Source of the DNA: an uncultured virus (IMG/VR IMGVR_UViG_3300030118_005288)
Taxonomy: Duplodnaviria > Heunggongvirae > Uroviricota > Caudoviricetes
DNA length: 64,000 nt
IMG/VR virus record: IMGVR_UViG_3300030118_005288
Coordinates: 1-64,000 of that record
Reading direction: 5' to 3' (one strand)
Made by a program: the position numbers and the translations under genes. Below, one piece after another: positions 18,412-26,533 of this stretch (its first letter is position 1; each line of letters starts with the position of its first letter). The notes beneath the pieces were generated by a model. That model was not told where the DNA came from, made no database searches, and was given only the letters and a program-made list of their open reading frames with translations.

Positions 18412-18579
18412 TTAATAATTATTTAATTGGTTAAACATTCTTGTTAATTGTTCTTTTGTAGCACCAGTGTTTCTTCTGATATTATCTACAGCTTTTACAT
18501 GACTTTGGTTTTTATAAAAATTCTTTTCAGAAGTTTTCATACCTGTTACGTCACATACTCTTGTTTTTGTTCTAGCCAT
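18412..18579 (-). CDS. 55-aa hypothetical protein (not in ORF track)
   Basis: MARTKTRVCDVTGMKTSEKNFYKNQSHVKAVDNIRRNTGATKEQLTRMFNQLNNY; fills the gap. Confidence 0.65.
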   Translation of the reverse strand: MARTKTRVCDVTGMKTSEKNFYKNQSHVKAVDNIRRNTGATKEQLTRMFNQLNNY

Positions 18580-18589
18580 AATTATTGGT

Positions 18590-19387
18590 TTAAAGGGTTT
18601 TACTTATGAAAAACTGTTTAGGATCAAAGTCCTTGGTCTTATAAAACAAGTCATAAGCCTCACTTGCTTTACTCACCTTGTATTCACCACGCTTATAAAA
18701 CTCAGGTGAACAATCAAATATGCCTATTGTGTGCGTGGTTTTATCAATAACTATGAATAGCATCTCATATCCGAATAACTTACTATAGATATAAGCCTGA
18801 GAATCATAATTAAATTTAGACGCTGACCATTGAAATTTATCAATGTCTGCAGTTGTTTTTAAGTCAATAACTAGTTTTTCGTCATGATTAACAATATCAG
18901 CCTTACCTTTCCACATATTGCCAAATAGCTCTGTAACCATAGGTACTTCGTATTCTACATTGCCTAATGTAATAAGGTCTTTACATATCTTGTTAGCCAT
19001 AAGTTTATCTCTCATTAACTCAATTTCGTCTACTTCTTTTTGTAGTAGACATAGCTCACCGCCACTTATATCTTTATATTCTTTTGTGTTTCTAGTGCTA
19101 GACTTAATAACTTTATATTTATCTATTTTGTCTGGCTCTAATATACACGTGTGAAAATATCCACCAACTAAAAATACTGGTGACGGTTTGCTAGGTTTAA
19201 ACACGTTTAAAGGGTCTTTTAATAACTTATTTATATGAGAGTTAGATAAAAACTGATTACCATACTCACCGTAATAATCTTCGTCATTCTCAAGCCTTTT
19301 TAGTATTTGCTCTTTATCCATTTGTTTTTTGTTTTCAATACAACCTACAAATAAAATTGTAGAAAATATTATTAATAGTTTTTTCAT
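18590..19387 (-). CDS. RecE/exonuclease VIII-like PD-(D/E)XK nuclease (alternative start 19321)
   Basis: LSNSHI, GGYFHTCILEP, KGKAD, IDLKTT and YDSQAYIY motifs. Confidence 0.85.
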   Translation of the reverse strand: MKKLLIIFSTILFVGCIENKKQMDKEQILKRLENDEDYYGEYGNQFLSNSHINKLLKDPLNVFKPSKPSPVFLVGGYFHTCILEPDKIDKYKVIKSSTRNTKEYKDISGGELCLLQKEVDEIELMRDKLMANKICKDLITLGNVEYEVPMVTELFGNMWKGKADIVNHDEKLVIDLKTTADIDKFQWSASKFNYDSQAYIYSKLFGYEMLFIVIDKTTHTIGIFDCSPEFYKRGEYKVSKASEAYDLFYKTKDFDPKQFFISKTL

Positions 19388-19932
19388 TTAGCAGATAACT
19401 CTTTTTTGTCTGCTTGACTTAATTTGTACTTAGTTTCAATAGCCTCTATGTTACCACCAGCAGTTATATATTCTTTAGCTTTTTTTAACTGTTCTGCTGT
19501 TATAGCTGGTTTAGCCGCTTGTTTGATTTTATCTACGGCTTTAGATGGTTTTTGAGCATCAGCATCTTCAGTGTCATCAATAAGCAATAGATTACCTAAA
19601 GCATATTTTTTACCGTAAGTTGATGCCGCACCAAATTGCTGAGCAGTCTGCATACCCTTTTGATTAAGGTCTACACCTACTAAGGCAGTTGCGTGTATAG
19701 CATTTTCGCCATCTGATATTGTTGCTGTTGATTTGATTGTTGGAACAGGATCGGTCATTATTAGTTCTTCATTAATAGTAACCGTAACGCCATGCTCGAT
19801 TAGGAAAGGCTTTATAGCCTCTAAGATGTCTTCTGATTTACGGAAGTGATACTTGCCGAACGAATTATACGAAGACTTTTTCGCTTTTAGTTTTGTCTGT
19901 ATGACAGCTAATTTTTGGTTTAATTCTTTCAT
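19384..19932 (-). CDS. ERF-family single-strand annealing protein
   Basis: NSFGKYHF...EDIL..IKP and QQFGAASTYGKKYAL...DD.EDAD motifs. Confidence 0.88.
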   Translation of the reverse strand: MKELNQKLAVIQTKLKAKKSSYNSFGKYHFRKSEDILEAIKPFLIEHGVTVTINEELIMTDPVPTIKSTATISDGENAIHATALVGVDLNQKGMQTAQQFGAASTYGKKYALGNLLLIDDTEDADAQKPSKAVDKIKQAAKPAITAEQLKKAKEYITAGGNIEAIETKYKLSQADKKELSAK

Positions 19933-19956
19933 ATTTTTGGTATTTGGTGTATGTAT

Positions 19957-19985
19957 ATAATTACACGTATTTTATTAAATTTACA
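19957..19985 (-). promoter_or_regulatory. Class II phage promoter candidate
   Basis: TGTAAA-N14-TGTAATTAT upstream of the ERF gene. Confidence 0.65.
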
Positions 19986-19993
19986 ATGGTAAC

Positions 19994-20752
19994 TTACAGA
20001 TAATCAATCACTTGCGAGTGATCTACATTTTCTATAAGCTTGTCTACAGCCTGTCGTTTTAGCTGTGAAACGCGCACGTAAGCACCTGTGCCTTCGATAC
20101 CTAGTTTAGCAGCTATTTCTTTTGCTGAGTGCTTGTCACAGTCAAGACCGTAGCTTAATCTTAGTACCTCGTATTCTTTTGGTTCTAAATGTTGTTTTAA
20201 CAAGCTAGTTAAATAAGCATTTAAAAATAATTCGTTATAAGGTTCTGACTTATCTTCTATTTGATATAAAGTATCGTCTTCATCTCTTATATTATCAATG
20301 CTTAAAAATATACTATTAAAGAACATAGCGACCATCTTTTTATCTTTACCAAAGTTTTTACGTATTTCATTATACATGTGCTCTGGTAATCTCATTTGAC
20401 CTCTGTTAATGTCAATAGCTCTACGTATACCACCTTTGATACGTTTAGATAAAAAAGACTTTATTGTTTTTTCTTGATCGTCTGATTCTTCTAGTTTTTG
20501 CCAATCTATACGATCAACAGCTTTACACAAGTTTAAACTACCTTCTTGTATTAAATCTAATATACTCATCACGCCTGAAGCTTGTTGTGTTGTTGCAAAC
20601 TTTCTAGCTATATTTTCAGCAAGAGGTATAAATAAAGTTATTAATTCATCTCTAGTATAATCTTTATATTTTTTGTTATTATCTATTCTTTTTATAGACT
20701 GTTCTAAATCTTTTTTATATTTAATATAGTTCTGTATATTATAATGTTTCAT
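19994..20752 (-). CDS. Phage-encoded sigma70-family RNA polymerase sigma factor
   Basis: Region 2 DLIQEG...AVDR, IRRAI...MRLP; region 4 VLRLSYGL...KEIA...RVSQLK..A..KL. Confidence 0.88.
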   Translation of the reverse strand: MKHYNIQNYIKYKKDLEQSIKRIDNNKKYKDYTRDELITLFIPLAENIARKFATTQQASGVMSILDLIQEGSLNLCKAVDRIDWQKLEESDDQEKTIKSFLSKRIKGGIRRAIDINRGQMRLPEHMYNEIRKNFGKDKKMVAMFFNSIFLSIDNIRDEDDTLYQIEDKSEPYNELFLNAYLTSLLKQHLEPKEYEVLRLSYGLDCDKHSAKEIAAKLGIEGTGAYVRVSQLKRQAVDKLIENVDHSQVIDYL

Positions 20753-21369
20753 AATTGCTTATTTAAAAGTTCTTTTTCTCTTTTTAAATCTGTACACATA
20801 TTTCTATGTATAGTTCTACTTGAGCAGTTTAACAAACCTGCTATTCTTGTCATTGTTATTTTTTTACCCATGTCATTTAAGTCTAGCATACACTGATAAA
20901 TATCATCTGTATGTATACGTTTAGATCTACCTATTAACTCACCTACAATACGTAATTTTTCTTCTTTACTTATAGTTGTATTTGGTTTAAATATTACTTT
21001 ACGTAGTTTGTTTCTAGGTGGTTGATCTAAATCACACATACTAACTTCATATACTATTTTACGTAACAAATCTTTATGTATTGTAAATGTAATAAAATTA
21101 TTTGACTTATCACAGATAATTTCAGCTAATTTTAAAAAATTATCTTGGTCTAGTTGCGGGTTTAAATACCACAGTACAAGCAAGTGCCATTTAAGAGACT
21201 TATAAGTATTTATTTTTGCTTTACTTCTAAATAGTTCGTAACACTCATATGTACCGTTTAAATAAAACATATACACTTCATTATTTATATCTGGTGTATC
21301 TTTTATCGGATGCCTACGGTATACGATGCGATTATTATTTAAGTAATTTAGATTTCTATCTTGTGACAT
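20749..21369 (-). CDS. DNA-binding protein with C-terminal HTH (candidate replication initiator or regulator)
   Basis: ITMTRIAGLLNCSSRTIHR helix-turn-helix; start codon lies inside the 47-bp dyad. Confidence 0.65.
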   Translation of the reverse strand: MSQDRNLNYLNNNRIVYRRHPIKDTPDINNEVYMFYLNGTYECYELFRSKAKINTYKSLKWHLLVLWYLNPQLDQDNFLKLAEIICDKSNNFITFTIHKDLLRKIVYEVSMCDLDQPPRNKLRKVIFKPNTTISKEEKLRIVGELIGRSKRIHTDDIYQCMLDLNDMGKKITMTRIAGLLNCSSRTIHRNMCTDLKREKELLNKQL

Positions 21370-21408
21370 TAGCTTGTTACTAGTTATTATTTAGGGGCTG
21401 TTGTCACA
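21362..21408. promoter_or_regulatory. 47-bp dyad operator-like site, copy 1
   Basis: TGTGACA-N33-TGTCACA; 36/47 identical to the reverse complement of 27844-27890. Confidence 0.75.
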
Positions 21409-21512
21409 GTCCCCTGTGGTTTTAATTTTGCAATAATTATTCTTGTTTCATTATCTTGAGGATATTTAATTTTATTAAATTCCTCAATACGTTTCTTTAG
21501 GTCTTCGTTCAT
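21387..21512 (-). CDS. 41-aa hypothetical protein (not in ORF track)
   Basis: MNEDLKKRIEEFNKIKYPQ...APK; fills the gap. Confidence 0.4.
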   Translation of the reverse strand: MNEDLKKRIEEFNKIKYPQDNETRIIIAKLKPQGTVTTAPK

Positions 21513-21975
21513 ATAATTTTTCTGTTTTAAGGTTTGCTACTATGTGTTTTTCGCCTATGTAATAATTCCAATAAGCCTGTATACTACATTTATCTTTATA
21601 TTCATCTGGCATACATTGTGGTGGTTGTTCCCATGGCTCATGTGGTATATTTTCTGGTTGTCTCCACAAATGTAAACATTTTTTTATAGATAAATGAATT
21701 TTATTATATCTTTTATTATATTCATCACCTAAAGCCATCATATGTTCATACAACCAATCATAATGTAATGAGTTATCTCTTACCCATTTAGTTGATGGGT
21801 GATTTACATGAGCTATTTTATATGGTATATCATCTAGTAATCTAACTCTGTTATCTAATACATGATGAGCTGTACATAGCATTTGAGCTGATTCAAGTAT
21901 CATTTTGACTACATGTTTATTATACTGTAATTCAGCTGCTTTTTTAGGGCATTTATCTAAATAAAATATATTCAT
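21484..21975 (-). CDS. Pyrimidine-dimer DNA glycosylase (T4 endonuclease V superfamily)-like protein
   Basis: MNIFYLD, KHVVKMILESAQML, HVNHPSTKW and PQCMPD motifs. Confidence 0.75.
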   Translation of the reverse strand: MNIFYLDKCPKKAAELQYNKHVVKMILESAQMLCTAHHVLDNRVRLLDDIPYKIAHVNHPSTKWVRDNSLHYDWLYEHMMALGDEYNKRYNKIHLSIKKCLHLWRQPENIPHEPWEQPPQCMPDEYKDKCSIQAYWNYYIGEKHIVANLKTEKLYERRPKETY

Positions 21976-22076
21976 AACTGTTGTTTAGCCATTTTTTCTA
22001 ATATCTTTACTAGTTTAGTCAAAGCTTTAGTTAAGTCGCTAATGTCCTTATACATTTGTTGTTCGTTTCTATTCAT
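21972..22076 (-). CDS. 34-aa coiled-coil hypothetical protein
   Basis: Likely start at ATG 22076 (MNRNEQQ...), overlapping the ligase stop. Confidence 0.5.
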   Translation of the reverse strand: MNRNEQQMYKDISDLTKALTKLVKILEKMAKQQL

Positions 22077-22914
22077 AATTTCTAATACATTTAAATAATG
22101 GGTGTCTGTAGCTACCAGCTTTAGTTTTTTCAAAGAAAGTAAAGGTAGCACGTTGGCCAATATAGTCGCCTATATTATCGAGCATATTAGCAAGATCCTT
22201 GTAGGTATAGCCTTTGCCCGGTGGACAACCGAACTCCATACCTTCGTCATCTTGCATTATGAACTTGCCAAGCGTGCCAGTCCTTTTACCTTTACCATCT
22301 AGATAACCTACGATCGTAGCTTCTGCATCGCTGAAGTCTTTGAACTTTCTAAGGTTATGTGATCTTTTACATTGATATACATCGTTAGTACGTAATATAG
22401 AACCTTCGTAACCCTCCGCGAGATTATTATCGTGATTAACTTTAGCTTGAGATTCTGTAGGTACAGGTAATGTAACAACAGTTTTAACACAATAAGAATC
22501 TCTTAGATTTTCAAACAAAAACTTATAGCGATCAGTAAAGCTCATGTCTTCATCAACTATATCATAACAATGAAATTGTACGTTCTTAGCTGATATAACT
22601 CTGTCCTCTGCTGTTGGTTTTGTTTTTCTGACCATAGATATTATAGACTCAAAATCATCTTTAAAATCATGATTATACAACTCGCCATCGAGTATTACAT
22701 TAGGGTGTTTATCGAAAAACTTGTATAAGTTTAAAGTAATGTGCTCTATGTTTTGCCACACTTTACCAGTACGTGAATAAGCTGTAACTTTACCATCATC
22801 ATATTGTATAAGACAACGCACGCCGTCAAGCTTTGGTTGCATAAATACTGGTTCGTCATAGTTAATTGGTTTGTCGCTTACAGGATAAGCTAGCATTGGT
22901 TTTTTTCTCATCAT
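22069..22914 (-). CDS. ATP-dependent DNA ligase
   Basis: QPKLDGVR, LDGELY, YD, EGSILR and KFK motifs, then an OB domain. Confidence 0.92.
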   Translation of the reverse strand: MMRKKPMLAYPVSDKPINYDEPVFMQPKLDGVRCLIQYDDGKVTAYSRTGKVWQNIEHITLNLYKFFDKHPNVILDGELYNHDFKDDFESIISMVRKTKPTAEDRVISAKNVQFHCYDIVDEDMSFTDRYKFLFENLRDSYCVKTVVTLPVPTESQAKVNHDNNLAEGYEGSILRTNDVYQCKRSHNLRKFKDFSDAEATIVGYLDGKGKRTGTLGKFIMQDDEGMEFGCPPGKGYTYKDLANMLDNIGDYIGQRATFTFFEKTKAGSYRHPLFKCIRNYE

Positions 22915-23189
22915 TTATATTTTCTTAATATTCTGTTTATTTCGTCCATTCTGTTTCTTATAATAGCACATTTTTCGTACTCTTCGTTTTCTTGACATAA
23001 GTTCATAAGTGTCATTAGCTTAGCAGCCTCACCTAACGCATTTTCTTCTTCTGAAAGGTTTAAGTCTTCATAGTTTGACCAGCTTAAGTTTGATTTGCTA
23101 ACGTGCGTAAACCAGTCTTCCATAGACTTTAGTTTAACCATACGTGAAACAATTTTTAATGCCAATGAGTTTAATTCATTTTCAGTCAT
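22911..23189 (-). CDS. Hypothetical protein with C-terminal UVR-like motif
   Basis: ENEEYEKCAIIRN. Start reassigned to 23189, downstream of the promoter motif. Confidence 0.6.
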   Translation of the reverse strand: MTENELNSLALKIVSRMVKLKSMEDWFTHVSKSNLSWSNYEDLNLSEEENALGEAAKLMTLMNLCQENEEYEKCAIIRNRMDEINRILRKYK

Positions 23190-23200
23190 TGTTTTTTTAT

Positions 23201-23235
23201 TTATATTATCTTTAGTCATTCGTATTTGTTTTGTA
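23201..23235 (-). promoter_or_regulatory. Class I phage promoter candidate
   Basis: TACAAAACAAA-TACGAA-N8-GATAATATAA. Confidence 0.75.
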
Positions 23236-23577
23236 TTTATCTAATAGTTGTTGTGGTTCACCTACAAATATACACTCTTCACCTTTTTCTGAAAAAAGAT
23301 TTAGCTCAAAAATACTTATCCAAGTAGTTTTTAATGGTGCTTGCCATATATAATACATATACGCTGTATCACCACGTTTTGTATCTAAACTATCTATTTC
23401 TAGTGATACTGCATTCCAACTACCACTATCTAATATAGTTGTAGCTAAGTCTACACCTAATCCATCTGGATAACCATCGTGGTGTACATAAAACTGTGCG
23501 TGAAATTTTTCTGGATGTTCGCTAAAGGACACGCCTTCTTCTCTTGTAGCGAATCTTACTTGTGCTCTTGTACTCAT
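23212..23577 (-). CDS. Phage hypothetical protein (MSTR...YxHxDGYP type)
   Basis: MSTRA and FYVHHDGYPDGLG motifs. Confidence 0.7.
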   Translation of the reverse strand: MSTRAQVRFATREEGVSFSEHPEKFHAQFYVHHDGYPDGLGVDLATTILDSGSWNAVSLEIDSLDTKRGDTAYMYYIWQAPLKTTWISIFELNLFSEKGEECIFVGEPQQLLDKYKTNTND

Positions 23578-23651
23578 AATTTATTTATTTATTTATTTCC
23601 ATTTGGATTAGTTATTAAAATTAATCCTTTCCATTTATTTTTACTCATAAT

Positions 23652-23921
23652 TTAATCTAATAATACCATGTATGCTTCTATATTGTGTTTTCTAAACCAG
23701 TCAAGACCTTTTCTTAACTCTTGTACGTGATTTGGTGTATTAAATATACCCATTTCAATACAGTCTGAAGCACCTATTATAAAGTCATACATAGAAAGTT
23801 CTACATTGTTTAACTCATATTCTTCGCCTGAAAACCTATTTCTTACAATTCCACCTTCTTTGTATATTTCGCCGTGAAACCATTTAGGTACAGGTTGTTT
23901 ACTTTTTGTTTTCATATTCAT
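23652..23921 (-). CDS. Hypothetical early protein
   Basis: ORF track; ends AYMVLLD. Confidence 0.65.
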   Translation of the reverse strand: MNMKTKSKQPVPKWFHGEIYKEGGIVRNRFSGEEYELNNVELSMYDFIIGASDCIEMGIFNTPNHVQELRKGLDWFRKHNIEAYMVLLD

Positions 23922-24186
23922 AATATTTCATTTTTAGTGATTCAATAATGTGTCTACCTGTTGCTGTGTGAAAGCCATAACTGTGTGTAAATAAGCCACT
24001 TATTGGATCATTAAAGAATAATAGTTTCATAAAATCAATCGCTTGTAAATTAGGTACGGTAAACTCGTTTGTAAACTTATCATACATATCATTACAAGCA
24101 GATGATATACAGTCTGGGCAATGTGAAAACTTTTCATCTGTTCGCCAAGACATATATTCTAGTACTTTTTTACTTGTTAGTCTCAT
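23899..24186 (-). CDS. Hypothetical early protein
   Basis: ORF track; overlaps neighbouring genes. Confidence 0.6.
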   Translation of the reverse strand: MRLTSKKVLEYMSWRTDEKFSHCPDCISSACNDMYDKFTNEFTVPNLQAIDFMKLLFFNDPISGLFTHSYGFHTATGRHIIESLKMKYYEYENKK

Positions 24187-24575
24187 ACATTTACGTTTAA
24201 TTGATCACTTAATTCTTCAGCTTCTTTGTCTTCAGGACAATCAGCTTCTTTAAATAATTCTACTACAGACTTAAATATTTGGTCTGTTAGTTCATAAGCA
24301 CACTGCAAGCCAATAGTTTCGCAATATACTTTACCATCATATTCCATACCATATTCAAACTCATAGTTATCTGTATTATCAAAGTTGAAGCTCTCAACTG
24401 CATTTTCTATAGCTTGATGCACATCGTCTATTTGAGCTGGTGTTAGTTCTGGTTTGTTGTAGTCATCTATTTGCTTTTGCAATATAGATATTTGTTGCTT
24501 ATAATCATTTAGTTTGTCGTTAGTTTCATTTTGTAAAAGCTCTAACGCAGCTTTTTTGTTTTCAAGTTCTTGCAT
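24183..24575 (-). CDS. Acidic coiled-coil early protein
   Basis: ORF track; first gene after the promoter at 24595. Confidence 0.65.
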   Translation of the reverse strand: MQELENKKAALELLQNETNDKLNDYKQQISILQKQIDDYNKPELTPAQIDDVHQAIENAVESFNFDNTDNYEFEYGMEYDGKVYCETIGLQCAYELTDQIFKSVVELFKEADCPEDKEAEELSDQLNVNV

Positions 24576-24594
24576 ATTATTTAATTTTATTTAT

Positions 24595-24630
24595 TATTAT
24601 TATCTTGCTTTGTTCGTATTTGTTTTGTAA
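24595..24630 (-). promoter_or_regulatory. Class I phage promoter candidate
   Basis: TTACAAAACAAA-TACGAA-N8-GATAATAATA. Confidence 0.75.
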
Positions 24631-24632
24631 AA

Positions 24633-24849
24633 ACGAGGTCGGGCAGGTGTGGTTCCGGTCTATCGTAGGTGGACTTATGTTGCGTGCCATTACTAGGAAA
24701 ACAACCACTGCTTTATCCTGCCGTTCTGCCAAGTGAGTATACACTCAATGGTCCTAAATGGACAAATTATAGTGTAAGATCGAGCTCGATATGGCATCCA
24801 CTGCCTGTTCATCTCGTACACATCTCACGCGCTACCACCCTTACCTCGT
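24633..24849 (-). ncRNA. Unassigned ~217-nt structured RNA
   Basis: GC-rich island. Nested stems ACGAGGU/ACCUCGU, GGGUGG/CUGCCC, GUGGA/UCCAC, UGCCAU/AUGGCA plus four internal hairpins. G-U pairs favour the minus strand. Confidence 0.65.
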
Positions 24850-24986
24850 GTTTTTTCATCATATTTCTCCATGTTCTTGATAAGGTTTTTTTGATTTATA
24901 TTGCACTCTATGTTACTCATTATTTGTGATGCTATATAAATACCTAAAACTATACCTGTACCTATTGCTATTATTATTTCTGTCAT
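24825..24986 (-). CDS. 53-aa single-TM protein (not in ORF track)
   Basis: MTEIIIAIGTGIVLGIYIASQIM...RGKGGSA; ATGA overlap with the upstream gene. Confidence 0.55.
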   Translation of the reverse strand: MTEIIIAIGTGIVLGIYIASQIMSNIECNINQKNLIKNMEKYDEKTRGKGGSA

Positions 24987-25528
24987 ATTACATTATACTT
25001 ATGTCCGTTTACTATTACTTTTACTTCTGGTGTATTATTACTTGTTAATTCTGCTTCAGCAACTCTATTTTCATACATCCACTTCGGATAGTAATCACCA
25101 TTCGACACTTGATTAGCATGCTTAATGTAATAGTTTTTAACACAATACTTTATTAAATACTCTAATCTATCTATTTCTATTGGTATTAGTACACAGCCTC
25201 TTGTCTCAAACTTTCTGTATTTACCGTCCCACACTTGTTTGCCATCAACCCACTCATAACTCTTATAGTATGTTGGCTCGCTTTGACATCTTTTGTTTAG
25301 TTGATAGTTGCTGTAGCCACTATTTTGATTACGCACATAACCTGTTTTGAAACTAGCCACTTCAATGTACTTAGGATTTTGTCTTGGCCAGTTATTCTTG
25401 ATTGGTAATCGCCAAACTACTGTACCATTTTTTACTTGTCTTGGTGTGCTAACGTCTTGAATACCAAGCAGTTGCATTTGTTCATACACCTTTTCATAGC
25501 GGGTGTCGCCTTTGTAAATTGTCTTCAT
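24983..25528 (-). CDS. Hypothetical early protein
   Basis: ORF track; likely start MKTIYKG, just after the upstream stop. Confidence 0.65.
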   Translation of the reverse strand: MKTIYKGDTRYEKVYEQMQLLGIQDVSTPRQVKNGTVVWRLPIKNNWPRQNPKYIEVASFKTGYVRNQNSGYSNYQLNKRCQSEPTYYKSYEWVDGKQVWDGKYRKFETRGCVLIPIEIDRLEYLIKYCVKNYYIKHANQVSNGDYYPKWMYENRVAEAELTSNNTPEVKVIVNGHKYNVI

Positions 25529-25530
25529 AA

Positions 25531-25722
25531 TTATTCTGCTATATAAGTTAAACCTTTGTAGTTGAACCACTCTGTAACAAGTGAATTACCTTCATTATCT
25601 CTTAAACCGAACTTTGTATCGGCGAGCATACAAATAGTATAAGGTTTATAAGTTATACCGTTTAGTATTATTTTTTGTAAATTAGTTGTTAAGTTTGGTT
25701 TTAGAAATTTAATTGTTTTCAT
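25531..25722 (-). CDS. Hypothetical early protein
   Basis: ORF track; follows the promoter at 25733. Confidence 0.6.
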   Translation of the reverse strand: MKTIKFLKPNLTTNLQKIILNGITYKPYTICMLADTKFGLRDNEGNSLVTEWFNYKGLTYIAE

Positions 25723-25732
25723 AATTTTTTAT

Positions 25733-25768
25733 TTATATTATCTTACTTAGTTCGTATTTGTATTGTAA
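25733..25768 (-). promoter_or_regulatory. Class I phage promoter candidate
   Basis: TTACAATACAAA-TACGAA-N8-GATAATATAA. Confidence 0.75.
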
Positions 25769-25769
25769 A

Positions 25770-25829
25770 TTAGTATGAGTGCCGTTCGGTACGAGCCTAG
25801 GAGATACTTACTAGTACACTCAACACTAA
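25770..25829 (-). ncRNA. ~60-nt three-way-junction RNA element
   Basis: UUAGUG/UACUAA and UGAGUG/CACUCA outer stem; inner CUAG/CUAG and CGU/ACG hairpins. Confidence 0.5.
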
Positions 25830-26038
25830 CCTAACATTGTGCCATAACCTTTACGACGAGTCAACTTAGCTATACGAGCAGCGTCACTGCTTGACATTAT
25901 TTGAATAGAGTTGCCTGTTTTATGATAAGTTATGGGTATACAACCATACTGCTCGACAGTAGAACACTGCACACAGACTTTATAGCCAAGTTTAACTCGT
26001 GGTTCAGGTATTGTAGTATTACATTTTATACAATTCAT
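25826..26038 (-). CDS. DksA/TraR-type C4 zinc-finger protein
   Basis: CIKC...IPEPR...CVQC pattern. Confidence 0.65.
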   Translation of the reverse strand: MNCIKCNTTIPEPRVKLGYKVCVQCSTVEQYGCIPITYHKTGNSIQIMSSSDAARIAKLTRRKGYGTMLG

Positions 26039-26046
26039 ATTTTTAT

Positions 26047-26081
26047 TTATATTATCAATTTACTCTCGTATTTGTTTTGTA
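26047..26081 (-). promoter_or_regulatory. Class I phage promoter candidate
   Basis: TACAAAACAAA-TACGAG-N8-GATAATATAA. Confidence 0.75.
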
Positions 26082-26112
26082 TGTTTTTTCTTTCTATTAT
26101 ATTTTTTCTTGT

Positions 26113-26192
26113 TAACAAACACACGAGTGCCTGGTGGTCTCACACCCTTCTCAAGTTCTACTTGCCTTCTGACACTCGCTTTCTGTTTGTTA
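26113..26192 (-). ncRNA. ~80-nt three-way-junction RNA element
   Basis: UAACAAACA/UGUUUGUUA, GCGAGUGUC/GGCACUCGU (2 G-U), inner CAAG/CUUG and GGUG/CACC. Confidence 0.55.
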
Positions 26193-26522
26193 TTTAGTTT
26201 CATTTTTGTAAATACTAGCCATTAGTAGCTTGTTTTCTATCATTAGTGATGCAACTTGATTTAAATAATACTCGGCATTTTGTTGTTGTATTCTACCATA
26301 GTACATATCCATCTTGATAGCGTCAACTAAATCCATTAATCTATACTCTATTTCTTTAAATTTCTTTACATTATTCTTGTACTCTGACAAGTCACATTGT
26401 GATTGGTGTATAGTATTTCCAAGTTCATCTTGCTCATAACCACACTTGTAGTTACATTTAGTTTGACCATAACTCATCATTGCTATTGATAGTGCAGCTA
26501 CACTTAATGTTATTTTCTTCAT
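26190..26522 (-). CDS. Secreted early protein
   Basis: Signal peptide MKKITLSVAALSIAMMSYG-Q. Confidence 0.65.
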   Translation of the reverse strand: MKKITLSVAALSIAMMSYGQTKCNYKCGYEQDELGNTIHQSQCDLSEYKNNVKKFKEIEYRLMDLVDAIKMDMYYGRIQQQNAEYYLNQVASLMIENKLLMASIYKNETK

Positions 26523-26533
26523 ATTATTTAATT

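Noticed and set aside
24633..24849. Cobalamin riboswitch (3' ACCUGCC, and the phage has a B12-dependent RNR)
   Set aside because: The AGGGAA and CCCGCAACUGU core elements are missing, and the element is about 11 kb from nrdJ.
24669..24929. 86-aa plus-strand ORF
   Set aside because: Antisense to the early arm with atypical composition; explained by the GC-rich RNA element.
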